The notes under the pieces are model-generated. The model did no database searches, was not told the DNA's origin, and was given only the letters and a program-made list of their open reading frames with translations. This document shows, one piece after another, positions 1 through 10,845 of a DNA stretch of 64,000 bases. The stretch covers positions 172,072 to 236,071 of the IMG/VR virus record IMGVR_UViG_3300042511_000879; one strand, written 5' to 3'. The first letter of the stretch is position 1. Each line of letters begins with the position of its first letter. A program made the translations under genes and the position numbers.

Positions 1-107
1 GGTGAATGTATAATCATAGTGACCGTACTCTCCAAAGAGTTCTTTAATCTTTGCTTGCCATTCTTGGAGTTCCGCCTCCTGTCTTTCGGTTAATGTAAAA
101 CTTCTTG

Positions 108-788
108 TCATAGCTCATAACACGTTCTAAGTAACATTACTACATCCATTGCATCTTCGACTGCATTGTGAGTTACCACACCATCGATTCCTGCACGTTT
201 TTTACATTCGTCCAATCCTGGAACGCTCTCATCGTTAATCCAATCAACAAATAGGATTCCTGGGTCCAATACTCTACTACGAATTGAAAAGACTTGTTTC
301 CATCTTGGAAGTTTCTCTAAGAATTTCTTGTCAAATCCTGCAAAGTTTTTACCAGCACATGTCAAGTAGGTTTTTACCATATTTGAACCTAAAATTGGAT
401 ATGGAATACCATCGACTATTTTCATTTGTTTATTTAAAAAGTTAGGGTCTAAATCAACCAAACCATTTCTATAACAAAATTGATATAGTGCCTCTACTAC
501 CTCATCTTCATGATAAAACTTGGCTCCAAATGATTCCTCAACCAGTTTCTTTTCATCTTCGGTACGGGCTTCAGAATAGTCCTTCATCGCCTGAATTAAA
601 TCCTTGTTTAAATTTAAGGCAAAGATACTACCATAAACACTTTCGCGTTTTATAACCGCGTGGAATTTTGGTAGGTCTTCGAATGGAAGTTGATTTAAAG
701 TGTCTTCAATCACTGCTCCTATTGAAAGGATTTGATTAAATTCAGAGTCTAATCCTGTAGTTTCGATATCGATGGAAATGTACTTCAT
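108..788 (-). CDS. DEDDh (DnaQ-like) 3'-5' exonuclease
   Basis: SIDIETTG (ExoI), GKNFAGFD (ExoII) and HNAVEDA (ExoIII) motifs. Confidence 0.85.
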   Translation of the reverse strand: MKYISIDIETTGLDSEFNQILSIGAVIEDTLNQLPFEDLPKFHAVIKRESVYGSIFALNLNKDLIQAMKDYSEARTEDEKKLVEESFGAKFYHEDEVVEALYQFCYRNGLVDLDPNFLNKQMKIVDGIPYPILGSNMVKTYLTCAGKNFAGFDKKFLEKLPRWKQVFSIRSRVLDPGILFVDWINDESVPGLDECKKRAGIDGVVTHNAVEDAMDVVMLLRTCYEL

Positions 789-1373
789 AATCCTTTTTCT
801 TTTTTATATATTTCTAATAGTTTTTTATAAGAATAGTTAGGAGATTTATTTACCTCATTAAATATACACCATTCTGCAAACTCAATAGCAAATTCACCTG
901 CTAGCCTTTCATGTTCAATAGCAACTTCCTCTACAGTACCTTCATAATGCTCTTCAACATCATTAATAAACCATTGTTGGAATCTTTCGTTTAGTGTCAT
1001 AATTATATCTTAAATTCGTGAAAAGTTTACAAATTCTGTCGCCTTTCTGGCATCATTGAATATCTTTAAGGCACTTTTCATGCTTACTTTTCTACCTGTT
1101 CTGGTAGTTAATAGTTCGAATCCTGACTCTTCGAATCGGTCATCAACTCCCCAAAATAAATAATAGTTCGATACCTTTTGGCCAGTCTTCTTATTATAAG
1201 AAGTCTTGTAGGTTGTTTTTTCAAACCTACCCCATTTTGGTGAAACGTATGGTCTTTGTGTTGATGCTCCAAGCGCAATTACACTTGGAAGTTCTTTGCC
1301 ATCTTCTAATCGCTGGAAGCTCATTAAGATTTCTACCGTTTTAAGGTCTTTATGTACTATGAAATTTCCCATC

Positions 1374-1595
1374 TTATTCCTCTAGTTTTACAAATTCATA
1401 TGTACCCTTAATCAAACTGTTTAGGGCAATTCCTTGCGATTCGGCGTTCGCAAATTCTTGATAGACCCCTGCAGGTACCTCAATATATCTGTAAGTCGCA
1501 TGGCCAAAAACCACATAAAGGTTTTTACTCTCATACTCGTATGTCGATGCTTTAATCGTGGACGAATCATAAATGTTTGTTTGTGTTTTAATCAT
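1374..1595 (-). CDS. KTSC-domain protein
   Basis: SSTIKASTY...LYVVF...YRYIEVP..VYQEF.NAESQG pattern typical of KTSC. Confidence 0.8.
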   Translation of the reverse strand: MIKTQTNIYDSSTIKASTYEYESKNLYVVFGHATYRYIEVPAGVYQEFANAESQGIALNSLIKGTYEFVKLEE

Positions 1596-1804
1596 TTTCT
1601 TGTTCTTTTGCTACTAAATTTCTATGTTTTTCAGTAAGTGTCACTACTAATTCTTTGTAGGTGTCGACCGCGTCGTTTGCATTAACTGTTTTAGCTCTGA
1701 TCAAGTCTAATGTCTTAGCATCTTTAATCATGATTGTGTCTACACTTAATTCTACCAAAATACTTCCAATTACTGTTTTCATGTGATTTGTTTTTAAATT
1801 GTTG

Positions 1805-1878
1805 TTTTAATTATAATGTAAATATAATCAATATGTATGATTCCGGAAAATCAGGAGTGTTAAAATTATGTTAAAGTT
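1805..1878 (-). promoter_or_regulatory. Early-promoter cassette, copy 1 of 19
   Basis: Minus strand TTTAACATAATTTTAACAC...TTTTCCGG...TATATTTACATTATAATTAAAA; contains the stop codon of ORF 1871..2461. Confidence 0.8.
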
Positions 1879-2461
1879 TATTGAGTGGATATTCATTGTT
1901 CTCGCATTCGTCCCGTTCAGGGTGCCACTGAACTGCCCAAATCCTCTTCTCTAAGTCTTGAAATCCTTCAACAGTACCATCAGTAGCCCTGTGGGTAATC
2001 TCAAAGTTCAATGGAACCCAACGACAGTGCTGGTGGTGACGTGAATTAACGGTCTTTGAATCTCCATCAATATCATATATTTGATGAAACTGGGATAGTC
2101 TAAATGAATGATCGTCATCGTCGTCAAATGTATCATTGAGATGATTTTCAGTAAGATGTTCGGATATATTTTCAACCTCTCCGCCAAAGTAAACATTTAA
2201 GAGTTGCATTCCTCGACAAATTCCAATAATTGGTTGGCCATTTTCAAGGGCACTAGTAATCCATTCGGTTTCTCTAGCATCTCTTTTAGGACTTTTACCA
2301 ATATCTCCACCTCCGCAAAGTATTAATGGAGCATCGATGTTTTTACATTCGGTTCCTAAGAAATATGGTTTAAAACCATTTTCAATTAACCATTCGCGGT
2401 ACATCTGCTTTTCAAGTTCTCCATATGGCGGAGCCACTAATACTTTAGGTGTTTTAATCAT
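1871..2461 (-). CDS. Class I glutamine amidotransferase / peptidase C26 (PuuD-like)
   Basis: GGGD, GICRGMQ nucleophile elbow, VNSRHHQ and QWHPE catalytic motifs. Confidence 0.9.
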   Translation of the reverse strand: MIKTPKVLVAPPYGELEKQMYREWLIENGFKPYFLGTECKNIDAPLILCGGGDIGKSPKRDARETEWITSALENGQPIIGICRGMQLLNVYFGGEVENISEHLTENHLNDTFDDDDDHSFRLSQFHQIYDIDGDSKTVNSRHHQHCRWVPLNFEITHRATDGTVEGFQDLEKRIWAVQWHPERDECENNEYPLNKL

Positions 2462-2865
2462 TAAAATGTGTTATTATAAACCTGTCGGCCTTCAGCATGT
2501 TCATCACATAGGGTTGCAAGCCAACTTCCACCTCTGAGTTCTCCTAGTTCTCCGCACTTTTCACAAGTAATATATGAGGCATCTTCAGCCAAACGGATTC
2601 GACTGTAAACATCTTCACTAACTCCATTTGTATAGAATCGTAGTCCTCCAAACTTTTCTTTAACTTGACAAATCTGTTTGTCCCATCCAAGTTCAATAAG
2701 GTCTACTATAAGTCTCTTTAAGATTCCTAGCCAACCATTATCTACGGCAAAGTAACCTCTAGCAGTAATGGGATCCCGTCCAGTGTAGTAACCATTTTCA
2801 AGTCCTCCGATGCCTTTTAAAAAAGCCTCAAAGTCCTCATCGGTCATATAGTTATTGTTCTTCAT
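2461..2865 (-). CDS. Conserved phage protein (QxKEKFGxLRFY family, Zn-binding C-terminus)
   Basis: QVKEKFGGLRFY, CEKCG and TLCDEH motifs. Confidence 0.6.
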   Translation of the reverse strand: MKNNNYMTDEDFEAFLKGIGGLENGYYTGRDPITARGYFAVDNGWLGILKRLIVDLIELGWDKQICQVKEKFGGLRFYTNGVSEDVYSRIRLAEDASYITCEKCGELGELRGGSWLATLCDEHAEGRQVYNNTF

Positions 2866-3242
2866 TATTTTATTTGGCTATAAAGTTTGGTTAATATTGT
2901 CTCTTTTTTACCACGGATTACCTCTTCAAGGTCTGTTCGCTGTTTCGATACTTCCTCTCTGATTCTTTTAACAGCTCTTTCCGTTACTTTTGCATTCAGA
3001 TTTAATGGATAGATTTGTTTTGTGTTAACAATTTCTGCCTTTTCGGCATCGATAATTAGGTCAAGGTGAAGCGATGGTACTTGGATATAAAATTTTGCCA
3101 CATCCGGATCTTTAAGAGGTGTTTCAGCCTTAGGGTGATACAACAACTTTAGAATATTTCGGTAACCTCTTAAGTCTTCCGAAGATAATTCTTGTCTAAA
3201 TTTTTTAGCAAATTTAATCTTAGTTCTTCTAAACATAACCTT

Positions 3243-3818
3243 TTATTTTAAAAATTGTAAAATCTTTTCTTTAACACCTTGCTGTTTAATTCCTTCTGCC
3301 ATTTTTGGAGTATTAACAAAGTTAGATAGTCCCCATACTTGTTCCTTTCCATGAGAATCCGCTTCTCCTAATTCTAAGTCATCAACGCAAACCCAATTGG
3401 TAATTTCTGGATGATCGGTTAGATATTGTCGAACTTCGATAGAACGCTGCTGTTCGTACATTGTTCTTCGGGTCCATTCAAATTCATCTGGTTTATCACA
3501 ACCAATATATCTTTTAGTGAATGCGATAGGTTTCTTTAAGATTCCCTGTGATTCGTAGTATTCTCCAATTTCCTCTAAGTTTGCATGTAACCTCCAGTCG
3601 GAACTTACTACTATTTCGGCACAAGTCTCTTCCAAGATTTGGTTTAATACCTTAATTGCTTTTTTATCAAAGTTGTCAAATCGTATGTCAACCGGAGCTA
3701 TAGTATCGCTAGTCGCTTCAGGATTAAGTTTTTTGTACTTAGCCCATTTCTTTGAACGACCTCCCCAGTTATTATCTAGGCATATTACTCCGTCATTGTC
3801 TAAAAATATTACTTTCAT
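3243..3818 (-). CDS. HAD phosphatase, Swiss-Army-Knife RNA-repair type
   Basis: IFLDNDGV, IVVSSDWR and VCVDD motifs. Confidence 0.8.
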   Translation of the reverse strand: MKVIFLDNDGVICLDNNWGGRSKKWAKYKKLNPEATSDTIAPVDIRFDNFDKKAIKVLNQILEETCAEIVVSSDWRLHANLEEIGEYYESQGILKKPIAFTKRYIGCDKPDEFEWTRRTMYEQQRSIEVRQYLTDHPEITNWVCVDDLELGEADSHGKEQVWGLSNFVNTPKMAEGIKQQGVKEKILQFLK

Positions 3819-4254
3819 CCTAGTTTCTAATTAATTCTATTTTTGTATTCTTGTAGTGCTCTACTAGTTTATCTTTAAGATGTCTTTTAACTTCCCAACT
3901 TAAATCTGTTTGGGTTGAAAGCCATTTATGGTACAAATCTATTAAATTTCTGGAACGAATTATCTGTTGCATTGTAGTGCATGAATTAATCGTTTTAACT
4001 ATCCATTCCTCGATTTCCATTGGTGTATTTCCTTCTGCTGCCATACTATAATTTTGTTAGTGGTACCCATTGTCCGTCTTTAAACTTATGTGGGATTCCG
4101 TTAATAGTTCTGAATTGTGAATGAGGGTCTACATTGATTTCCTCTTTCTTGAGTTTTCCAAGTACGTTTTCAAAGTCCTCTTGGGATGTCCTCCGTCTTA
4201 CCGTACTTGGGTCAACTTTCTTCTTTCTACGAGGTCCATTATAATATGCCATAG

Positions 4255-4659
4255 TTATACAGTATGTTCGATTCTTACACGGATGCAATTCTGAGGCAAT
4301 CTATGAATATGTCTATAGTTATTAATATAACCCATCATATTTGCACTACCAACTGCATTTGCAGAGTGTATTACAACATCAACAACATTAGCTCCATCCA
4401 ACCATTGATTGACCAACCATTTAGTGCAATCCATTCCAGTCTTTTCTGTAATATTATCATAGTTCAATTCGTAATTGTGGTACACATTTTTATGCCATTC
4501 GGCCATTGCAGTGTCTCCTAGGTCATGGTCTAATGAAATCAAGTCAATATTTTCAAGTCCAATTTCGGTAACTTTTTCTACAAATTCATCGTAACTTCTA
4601 ACAACAACCCAGTCTTTTTCAACCGGTGTTCTTACGTCATCTAAATATACTCTAATCAT
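4255..4659 (-). CDS. Cyclic-phosphate-processing receiver-like domain protein
   Basis: YLDDVR, ISLDHDLG, TGMD and IHSANAVG motifs. Confidence 0.75.
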   Translation of the reverse strand: MIRVYLDDVRTPVEKDWVVVRSYDEFVEKVTEIGLENIDLISLDHDLGDTAMAEWHKNVYHNYELNYDNITEKTGMDCTKWLVNQWLDGANVVDVVIHSANAVGSANMMGYINNYRHIHRLPQNCIRVRIEHTV

Positions 4660-4670
4660 TTTGCGTTTGT

Positions 4671-4744
4671 TTTAATTTGATATGTAAATATAATCAATAA
4701 GTTTGAATCGGGAAAACTTTAACTGTTAAAATTATGTTAAAGTT
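4671..4744 (-). promoter_or_regulatory. Early-promoter cassette copy
   Basis: Same repeat; contains the stop of 4737..5972 (...KLKL*). Confidence 0.8.
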
Positions 4745-5972
4745 TTAATTTTGTAAGTATTCCTAAACCGTGAGATTCTTCATAATTATAGAAATTAAGA
4801 TTGTATTTAATACTTAAATCTTCGCATGCCTTATACACTTCTGGAAAGGACAAGGTATCATGAAAAACGGTAATTTCTGCATGTTGAACACACCATTCCC
4901 CGCACTTGTAAGTATCTTCGTATGTGTGTATAATATCAACATGAGCCATATTATATACTTCAGGATTATCTTTAATATAATCCTCGTATGAACTTCTAAT
5001 AAGATTTATATTTGTAAATTCCGCAAGATTTGATTTAGTAGCCTCAAGCATATCTTCTCTTAATCCAGCGTGTATGTCTCCAACGAAGGTATCGACCCCG
5101 TCTACTGTATTAAAGTAATTTGCAAAGGCAGATGTTGAATATCCAAATTCAACGCCGAATTCGATCGCTTTTTCTGTTTTTATACCTGATCTTTTTATTA
5201 AATCTTGCAAGATTGTTGGTATATTTCCCCAAGCTGTTGGTTGTTGGGTTGCCAACTTTGGCCATTCTCTAGTTTGAGGAGTAAAAATAGTGTGCATACT
5301 TTTGTTTTTTATATATTTATTAATAGTTGTTTCAATTAGCGGAGGATATACCGATCCACATTCGAATGTAGATTCAAAGTTTGCTTCTACGGAACCTATC
5401 CAAAATTCTTCTAGGTATATATTGGTAGTATCGATTAAAAAATCAGCATTTAAGTTTCTTAAATGCTTATGGGTTGCCCACCAATAATTTCCACTAAAAT
5501 GTGGATCATACCCTTCGTCATGTCGTCTGTAATTAGGGCCAATAGCGTCATATCCATCGTCTAGCATTTGGATATTAGGTAGCCAGTCGCAAAATGTAAC
5601 CCAGTCACATGAATTTCTCCAATCATCTTGAAATATTTCGCGGGTAGTAACGCCCTTTGAATGAAAATAGCAATAATATCCTTCAACTTCATCTGCCATT
5701 TTTTTAAGATTTAGCAGTGTTATTTTAGATTCTCGATAATCACTTGGATATTGTGATTTATCAATTTCAATGACAGTTGGAATTATCTTTTTATAGTCTT
5801 TAACAATATCTAAAAGCCATTGAATTCTGTCTCCATGTGGCGATGCTATATGCAATTGTATTGAATCGCATGCATCGTATAAACCACCTAAAAATAACTT
5901 AGTCAATTGGTCTTGGATTATACTTTTGTAATTACCATCTAGATATGTGTGATAAAAAACAATTTTTTTCAT
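4737..5972 (-). CDS. Fusion of a glycosyltransferase-like domain and a class I SAM methyltransferase
   Basis: N-terminal YFHSKGVT/HFSGNYWW; C-terminal IEFGVEFGYS, VDTF, HVDIIHTYE and FHD motifs. Confidence 0.65.
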   Translation of the reverse strand: MKKIVFYHTYLDGNYKSIIQDQLTKLFLGGLYDACDSIQLHIASPHGDRIQWLLDIVKDYKKIIPTVIEIDKSQYPSDYRESKITLLNLKKMADEVEGYYCYFHSKGVTTREIFQDDWRNSCDWVTFCDWLPNIQMLDDGYDAIGPNYRRHDEGYDPHFSGNYWWATHKHLRNLNADFLIDTTNIYLEEFWIGSVEANFESTFECGSVYPPLIETTINKYIKNKSMHTIFTPQTREWPKLATQQPTAWGNIPTILQDLIKRSGIKTEKAIEFGVEFGYSTSAFANYFNTVDGVDTFVGDIHAGLREDMLEATKSNLAEFTNINLIRSSYEDYIKDNPEVYNMAHVDIIHTYEDTYKCGEWCVQHAEITVFHDTLSFPEVYKACEDLSIKYNLNFYNYEESHGLGILTKLKL

Positions 5973-6532
5973 TTCTTTAAATCTTTTAAATAGTTAACAA
6001 GTTCTTGTAGTTTGTCGGCATCTTTTGGATTAAATATAAATTCATCGAATGCTCCGTAGTTGCATTGTCTTCCAAAAATGTATTTTAATCCGTACTTAAC
6101 TCGTTCCAAAAATGGTCTTTTAGTTAAATGTATATGAAAGTAACATGTTGGATATCTGTGTCCTTCAACCTCATCCTCATCATATAAGATAATAAGTTGA
6201 TGGTCAGTCGAGTGACATGCACATATTAAAATTTCTTTGTCTTCAAGTTGTTTCATAAGTATTATATTTAAAAAACTAGTTTTGTTTATAAACTCTTTTG
6301 TAAGCTCCGTAAATCCAACTATAGATTATCATGATTGCACAGAAAGAATCTAAGATCGCTATAATCCATTTTACAAAGTCTGGTGTTGGGAATGTATCTG
6401 GACCTAACAATATTAATACACCAAACCCGGTAAATACCCAAACTAATCCTAGAAAACCGGCAACTATTCCTGCGATAAACGTAACTGTCGGTCCAACCAA
6501 TTCCCAAATAAATTCTAAAAACTTTTTCATAA

Positions 6533-7273
6533 TTATATTTTTTCAAAAGTTGGTTTCAGCCACATCCCATTTTTAAAGATTAAATCTAAGAATCCTGGAA
6601 TATCTTGGTCAACGTCAGCAAGTAGTCTAAAACTTCTTGGAGTATCATGTTTCATCATTTTTATGATTTCCTCTCTGATTCTCTCTCCACTTACAGTTTG
6701 TTCTAGTTTCTGTAAAATGTTTGGTTGCTTCATCGCATTCCAAATATCAGCGTGCATTTGAAAATCTTTAGTGATAGTAAATCTTAGTGCTCTTAGCAAA
6801 CGAAGTGGGTCATCCATTAGGGTAGCGCTAGCGTGCATCGGAGTTCTTAAAATTCCAGCCTTTAAGTCCTCTACTCCACCGAATAGGTCAATAAGATTAC
6901 CATCAACATCTTCTGCAAGGGCGTTTAGGGTAAAATCTCTACGAATTAAATCGTCTTCCAATGTTCCAAGTTCTAGGATAGGTCTACGGGTTCCTTCAAC
7001 ATATCCAACCTCTTTACGGGCCATTACAAAATCTGCAACCAGTCCGGCGAACTGATGGTCTTTTGGAAACTTAGCACGAATCGTAAAACAATCTGGAGTA
7101 CTTAAGAAGATTTCAAAACCTTGGTCCGTCATCCAGTTTGTCATGATTTGAAAACCATCCTCAACCGTAAAACCTTTAGTATCTTCCAACACGAAAGTGA
7201 AATCTATATCTTTAGAGTCCAATCCAAGGAATTTATCTCGAATACATCCTCCAACACGGTAAATCTTTGCCAT
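6533..7273 (-). CDS. cca: tRNA nucleotidyltransferase (CCA-adding, class II)
   Basis: VGGCIRD..LG..SKDIDF, DLIRRDFTLNAL, DDPLRLLRALRF and SGERIREE motifs; most array tRNAs lack an encoded CCA. Confidence 0.85.
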   Translation of the reverse strand: MAKIYRVGGCIRDKFLGLDSKDIDFTFVLEDTKGFTVEDGFQIMTNWMTDQGFEIFLSTPDCFTIRAKFPKDHQFAGLVADFVMARKEVGYVEGTRRPILELGTLEDDLIRRDFTLNALAEDVDGNLIDLFGGVEDLKAGILRTPMHASATLMDDPLRLLRALRFTITKDFQMHADIWNAMKQPNILQKLEQTVSGERIREEIIKMMKHDTPRSFRLLADVDQDIPGFLDLIFKNGMWLKPTFEKI

Positions 7274-7284
7274 AATTTGTTTGT

Positions 7285-7357
7285 TTTAATTATAATGTAA
7301 ATATAAACAAAAAACTCCAGACCGTAAAATCTGGAGTGTTAAAATTATGTTAAAGTT
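7285..7357 (-). promoter_or_regulatory. Early-promoter cassette with embedded hairpin and U-tract
   Basis: CTCCAGA-TTTTACGG-TCTGGAG-TTTTTG inside the repeat; contains the stop of 7350..7817. Confidence 0.8.
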
Positions 7358-7817
7358 TTTGATTAATCTTTGTGGTTAGTGCGCCAATCGCATCGTCTAG
7401 ATTTTCAAAGATTGGAATGTTATATCGAGTACATACAATGTCGACATTTCCTTTTCGCCAAAACCCTTTAGGACAACATACGATAATATTATCTCTGACA
7501 TGTAAACCTAATTCTAGGAGACTAATTGGACTCTTAGTTTCTGGAGAGAAGTACATGAAGATTATATCTGCATTTTCAAGACTATTCATTTCCCAGTTTA
7601 CTTGTTGGTTAAATTGAGGATTTGATTGTTCTTGAGTCCAGCTAGCATCCCAATCATCACGTCTTGGATTGTAAAGTGTTACATTGGTATTAATGTAATT
7701 GTTCTCGATTCTCTTTTGCCAATCTTCTGCCTTTCCCATTTCTATAGAACCGGCTAAAAATACTGAACATTTATTTTCTTGGTTTTGGTACCTGCTATTT
7801 GGTTTAATTACTTGCAT
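7350..7817 (-). CDS. Nucleoside 2-deoxyribosyltransferase-like protein
   Basis: VFLAGSI, DWQ, YNPRR, QVNWE and SPISLLELG motifs. Confidence 0.8.
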   Translation of the reverse strand: MQVIKPNSRYQNQENKCSVFLAGSIEMGKAEDWQKRIENNYINTNVTLYNPRRDDWDASWTQEQSNPQFNQQVNWEMNSLENADIIFMYFSPETKSPISLLELGLHVRDNIIVCCPKGFWRKGNVDIVCTRYNIPIFENLDDAIGALTTKINQKL

Positions 7818-7819
7818 AC

Positions 7820-8533
7820 TTATATTATTTTAATTGCGTTGTGTTTTTTAATTTTAAATGATTGTCGAAGTTTTTCCTCTTCTTCATTATAATGGTAACC
7901 CCATCCCAGTTTTATGTTATCTTCCGATAGTCTTGAACGGAATAGACGGTATCGATTAACCATATAGTCCTCTCCAATATATTTATAATGCAGTAGGTTA
8001 TATTGATTTAATGAATATGTAACATCACCCCGAGGGGCTGCCTCATGGCATCCTGGATAGAAATTGATTTCAGAGATTTTGCTTTTATCAAATGCAATAC
8101 TTTTATTATAATAATGAGTATACTCACCATATTGTAAGGTATCAATGCTAATATCTGCTGGGTCTTCGGACATATTAACCATATTCCAACCGGTAAATTT
8201 TATTATTGATGTTCCCAGTCCAGATTCATATTCTAATTGTTCTCTAGTAATGAGACCAAGTTCATCAGCATCACAGACAATATTCCAGTCGGTTTTTGAA
8301 TCTTTCCAGCAATTGTTTTTAATTTCTAGATTTTTTCTATCAGAAAAATTATCTCCAGTGTCGTATTGAATAACCTCACAATTAAATTCTTTTGCAATTT
8401 CTACAGTTCTGTCCGTTGATTGGTTATTGTATACAACAATTCGGCAGTCCGGAAATGATGCTCTATAATGTTTAATAAAAAACGGTAGCATAAGTTCTTC
8501 ATTATATGCTACCGTGTAAATTGTTATTTGCAT
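7820..8533 (-). CDS. GT2-family glycosyltransferase
   Basis: YNEELMLPFFIKHY, NNQSTDRT and VCDADE (DxD) motifs. Confidence 0.75.
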   Translation of the reverse strand: MQITIYTVAYNEELMLPFFIKHYRASFPDCRIVVYNNQSTDRTVEIAKEFNCEVIQYDTGDNFSDRKNLEIKNNCWKDSKTDWNIVCDADELGLITREQLEYESGLGTSIIKFTGWNMVNMSEDPADISIDTLQYGEYTHYYNKSIAFDKSKISEINFYPGCHEAAPRGDVTYSLNQYNLLHYKYIGEDYMVNRYRLFRSRLSEDNIKLGWGYHYNEEEEKLRQSFKIKKHNAIKII

Positions 8534-8799
8534 TCGTGTATTGGATTTTTACAATTTCCTTTATGTGAACCCCATCGAGAACTTCCCGAACCTGCAACTA
8601 TATACTCGCAACCTTCAAGAGTATAAACTCTATAGCGTTGATCGTAATATTTTGAAGTACTATCTAATTCGTAACGACTAGCACTAGTATTTTGATGTGG
8701 GTCTTTATAATTATCTGGTTTGCAACTAGTAACCATAAAGATTACTAGTGCAGCCAAAATTACTATTATTAAAGGTACTGGTGAGTACTGTCTATTCAT
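8524..8799 (-). CDS. Putative lipoprotein
   Basis: Hydrophobic stretch followed by a VTSC lipobox. Confidence 0.6.
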   Translation of the reverse strand: MNRQYSPVPLIIVILAALVIFMVTSCKPDNYKDPHQNTSASRYELDSTSKYYDQRYRVYTLEGCEYIVAGSGSSRWGSHKGNCKNPIHECK

Positions 8800-10328
8800 T
8801 ATAGATTAGTTAAACGTTTTCTAATTTCTGTAAGAGTTGTTTGGTTTTCAAATTGACCATTCAAATAGATAGTTTTTAACAATCCAGACTTTTCATCTTC
8901 CCAAGTACATTGGTCTTCTAGTATGTAGAAATTATCTTCTACAGCTCCAGCAACTCTTAATAAACCTTTTGCAGATTTTTTAACTCCATCATCAGTGATT
9001 GGGTCTTTAAAGATTTCTCTTCCAACTCCATCAACTTCTACATAGGTGGCTTTCATTGCAAAACCAAAAGTATCTCTAGTGTTATATTGGTATGTAAAAC
9101 TTCCAACACCTAATACAATGTTTGTACTTGCAAAACCTTTTGCCTCTAATCTTGTGAAGATTTGTTCAGCACGGTCTAATGTAATACTGTCTCCGTAGAT
9201 TGCTCCAATATGAGGGTCTAATACTTTATAACCTTGGTCGTTAATAGTTCCACCGAATACATCCCAAAGTAATTCAATAACACCTTTTACTTCTGGTTTG
9301 TTTAAATATTCATCAGTAGGATTAACTTCTGCTACTCCACCTAAGTAAGCAACTACGTCATTATCGCTATGAACATTTGTTTTGATTATATTAGCACCGC
9401 AAATAATATCTACAGGGTCTCCTGAGTCAGGACGAATAACTAATTTACCATCTCTTGCAAGGATTTCCTCTTTTAAGGTAACGATATGTTCAGTACAAAC
9501 TTTCCATAAGTCCCATGTGTCAGAAACTACTGAAAGAATTCCTGTTGGATATGTCTCCAATAATCTACGGAAGGTTCCAATCTCATCATCTTTACTTCCA
9601 GCACACATTACTGAGTGCTCTGTTGCATTTACCGAACCAGATACAAATCCAGTTTCATTGTAATATTTACGGGCTCCAAAGATTGCAGGTAAACTATCTG
9701 AACCAGAGAAACTTGTTAAGTGTCCTAATCCTGAAGAGATTGTAGCATCTATAGAGTCCATACCTCTCATTGAGAAATCATGGGCTTGCCAATCTACGAA
9801 CCAACCTTTTTCGGCATCAGTTTTTAATTGCCATTCTGTAAATAATTTACGGTAAGCATGGGAAATAGTTGCACTTGTCATTGGTTTCCATAACAAGTTA
9901 GAAATAACTGTCTCCAAGTAATTGGTAATCCAATAGAAATCTGGATGTGTGTTGTAAATTGTCAAGACAGGTACTCTCATTGGTACTGTAGCTCCTTCCT
10001 CAATCGATTTAACTGCGATTGGTAGGTAACCCAAATCATGTAGGGCTTCAAAGTGGCTAACATCGTAGTCAGTATTTAAGTACATTGACAATTCGTTTTT
10101 CATTTCGCCACAAACTTTGTCTTTTGGTTTGCTAAAGAAATCTTTGTCAAAAGCCTCGTGGATTTGTTTCATTACCATTTGTTGGCCGAAACTTACTAGT
10201 TGGTTGCAACCTTTAGGAGCATATTTATTACTACGAGGAGTAAAGTTCGAATAGACCAACGTAGTCCCTTTTGGATATTGTTGGTGATGTCCTGTTTTGT
10301 AACCGTCTGTTAAAAATAATGGGTTCAT
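8799..10328 (-). CDS. Nicotinamide phosphoribosyltransferase-like protein (NAMPT/Namat)
   Basis: TDGYKTGH, HDFSMRG, ATEHSVM, SVVSDTWD, VIRPDSGDP, IYGDSIT, KDPITD and KKSAKG motifs. Confidence 0.93.
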   Translation of the reverse strand: MNPLFLTDGYKTGHHQQYPKGTTLVYSNFTPRSNKYAPKGCNQLVSFGQQMVMKQIHEAFDKDFFSKPKDKVCGEMKNELSMYLNTDYDVSHFEALHDLGYLPIAVKSIEEGATVPMRVPVLTIYNTHPDFYWITNYLETVISNLLWKPMTSATISHAYRKLFTEWQLKTDAEKGWFVDWQAHDFSMRGMDSIDATISSGLGHLTSFSGSDSLPAIFGARKYYNETGFVSGSVNATEHSVMCAGSKDDEIGTFRRLLETYPTGILSVVSDTWDLWKVCTEHIVTLKEEILARDGKLVIRPDSGDPVDIICGANIIKTNVHSDNDVVAYLGGVAEVNPTDEYLNKPEVKGVIELLWDVFGGTINDQGYKVLDPHIGAIYGDSITLDRAEQIFTRLEAKGFASTNIVLGVGSFTYQYNTRDTFGFAMKATYVEVDGVGREIFKDPITDDGVKKSAKGLLRVAGAVEDNFYILEDQCTWEDEKSGLLKTIYLNGQFENQTTLTEIRKRLTNL

Positions 10329-10589
10329 AGTATTAATATTTAGATATTGTTCTTAAATAAATTGCTTGTTGTCTAATTCCATACTCTCGGGTAAGTAAGC
10401 GGTCTGCATAATCATCACGCATAACAACCATAACATTATTAGACATTTCAGTTGCATCATGAAAACTATCTCTTCCTAGTATCATTCCTAAAGAATCTGC
10501 AAAGGATAGAATTAAATCTGCTAATTGTTTTGCATTTTTACATTGATTAACTGCTTCCCATTTTTGTAATTCTGTCATAGTGTATCTGT

Positions 10590-10661
10590 TTTAATTATAA
10601 TGTAAATATAATCAATAGTTTTAAATCGGTAAAATTGGGAGTGTTAAAATTATGTTAAATT
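10590..10661 (-). promoter_or_regulatory. Early-promoter cassette copy
   Basis: Same repeat; contains the stop of 10655..10849. Confidence 0.75.
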
Positions 10662-10845
10662 TCTTCAGGGTCTGGTAAACCTTCTACAATTGTAAACATA
10701 ATTGGAAATGCCCATGCAAGCCTATTGGTTGCTCCATAATCTCCAGTCCAAAAGCAATAAGAACTATGTTCAATTGTCATTTCTCGGCATTCAATTTTTT
10801 GTATGGTAGTATTACCATCGTGCTTGTGTATTACTTTATAATTTC

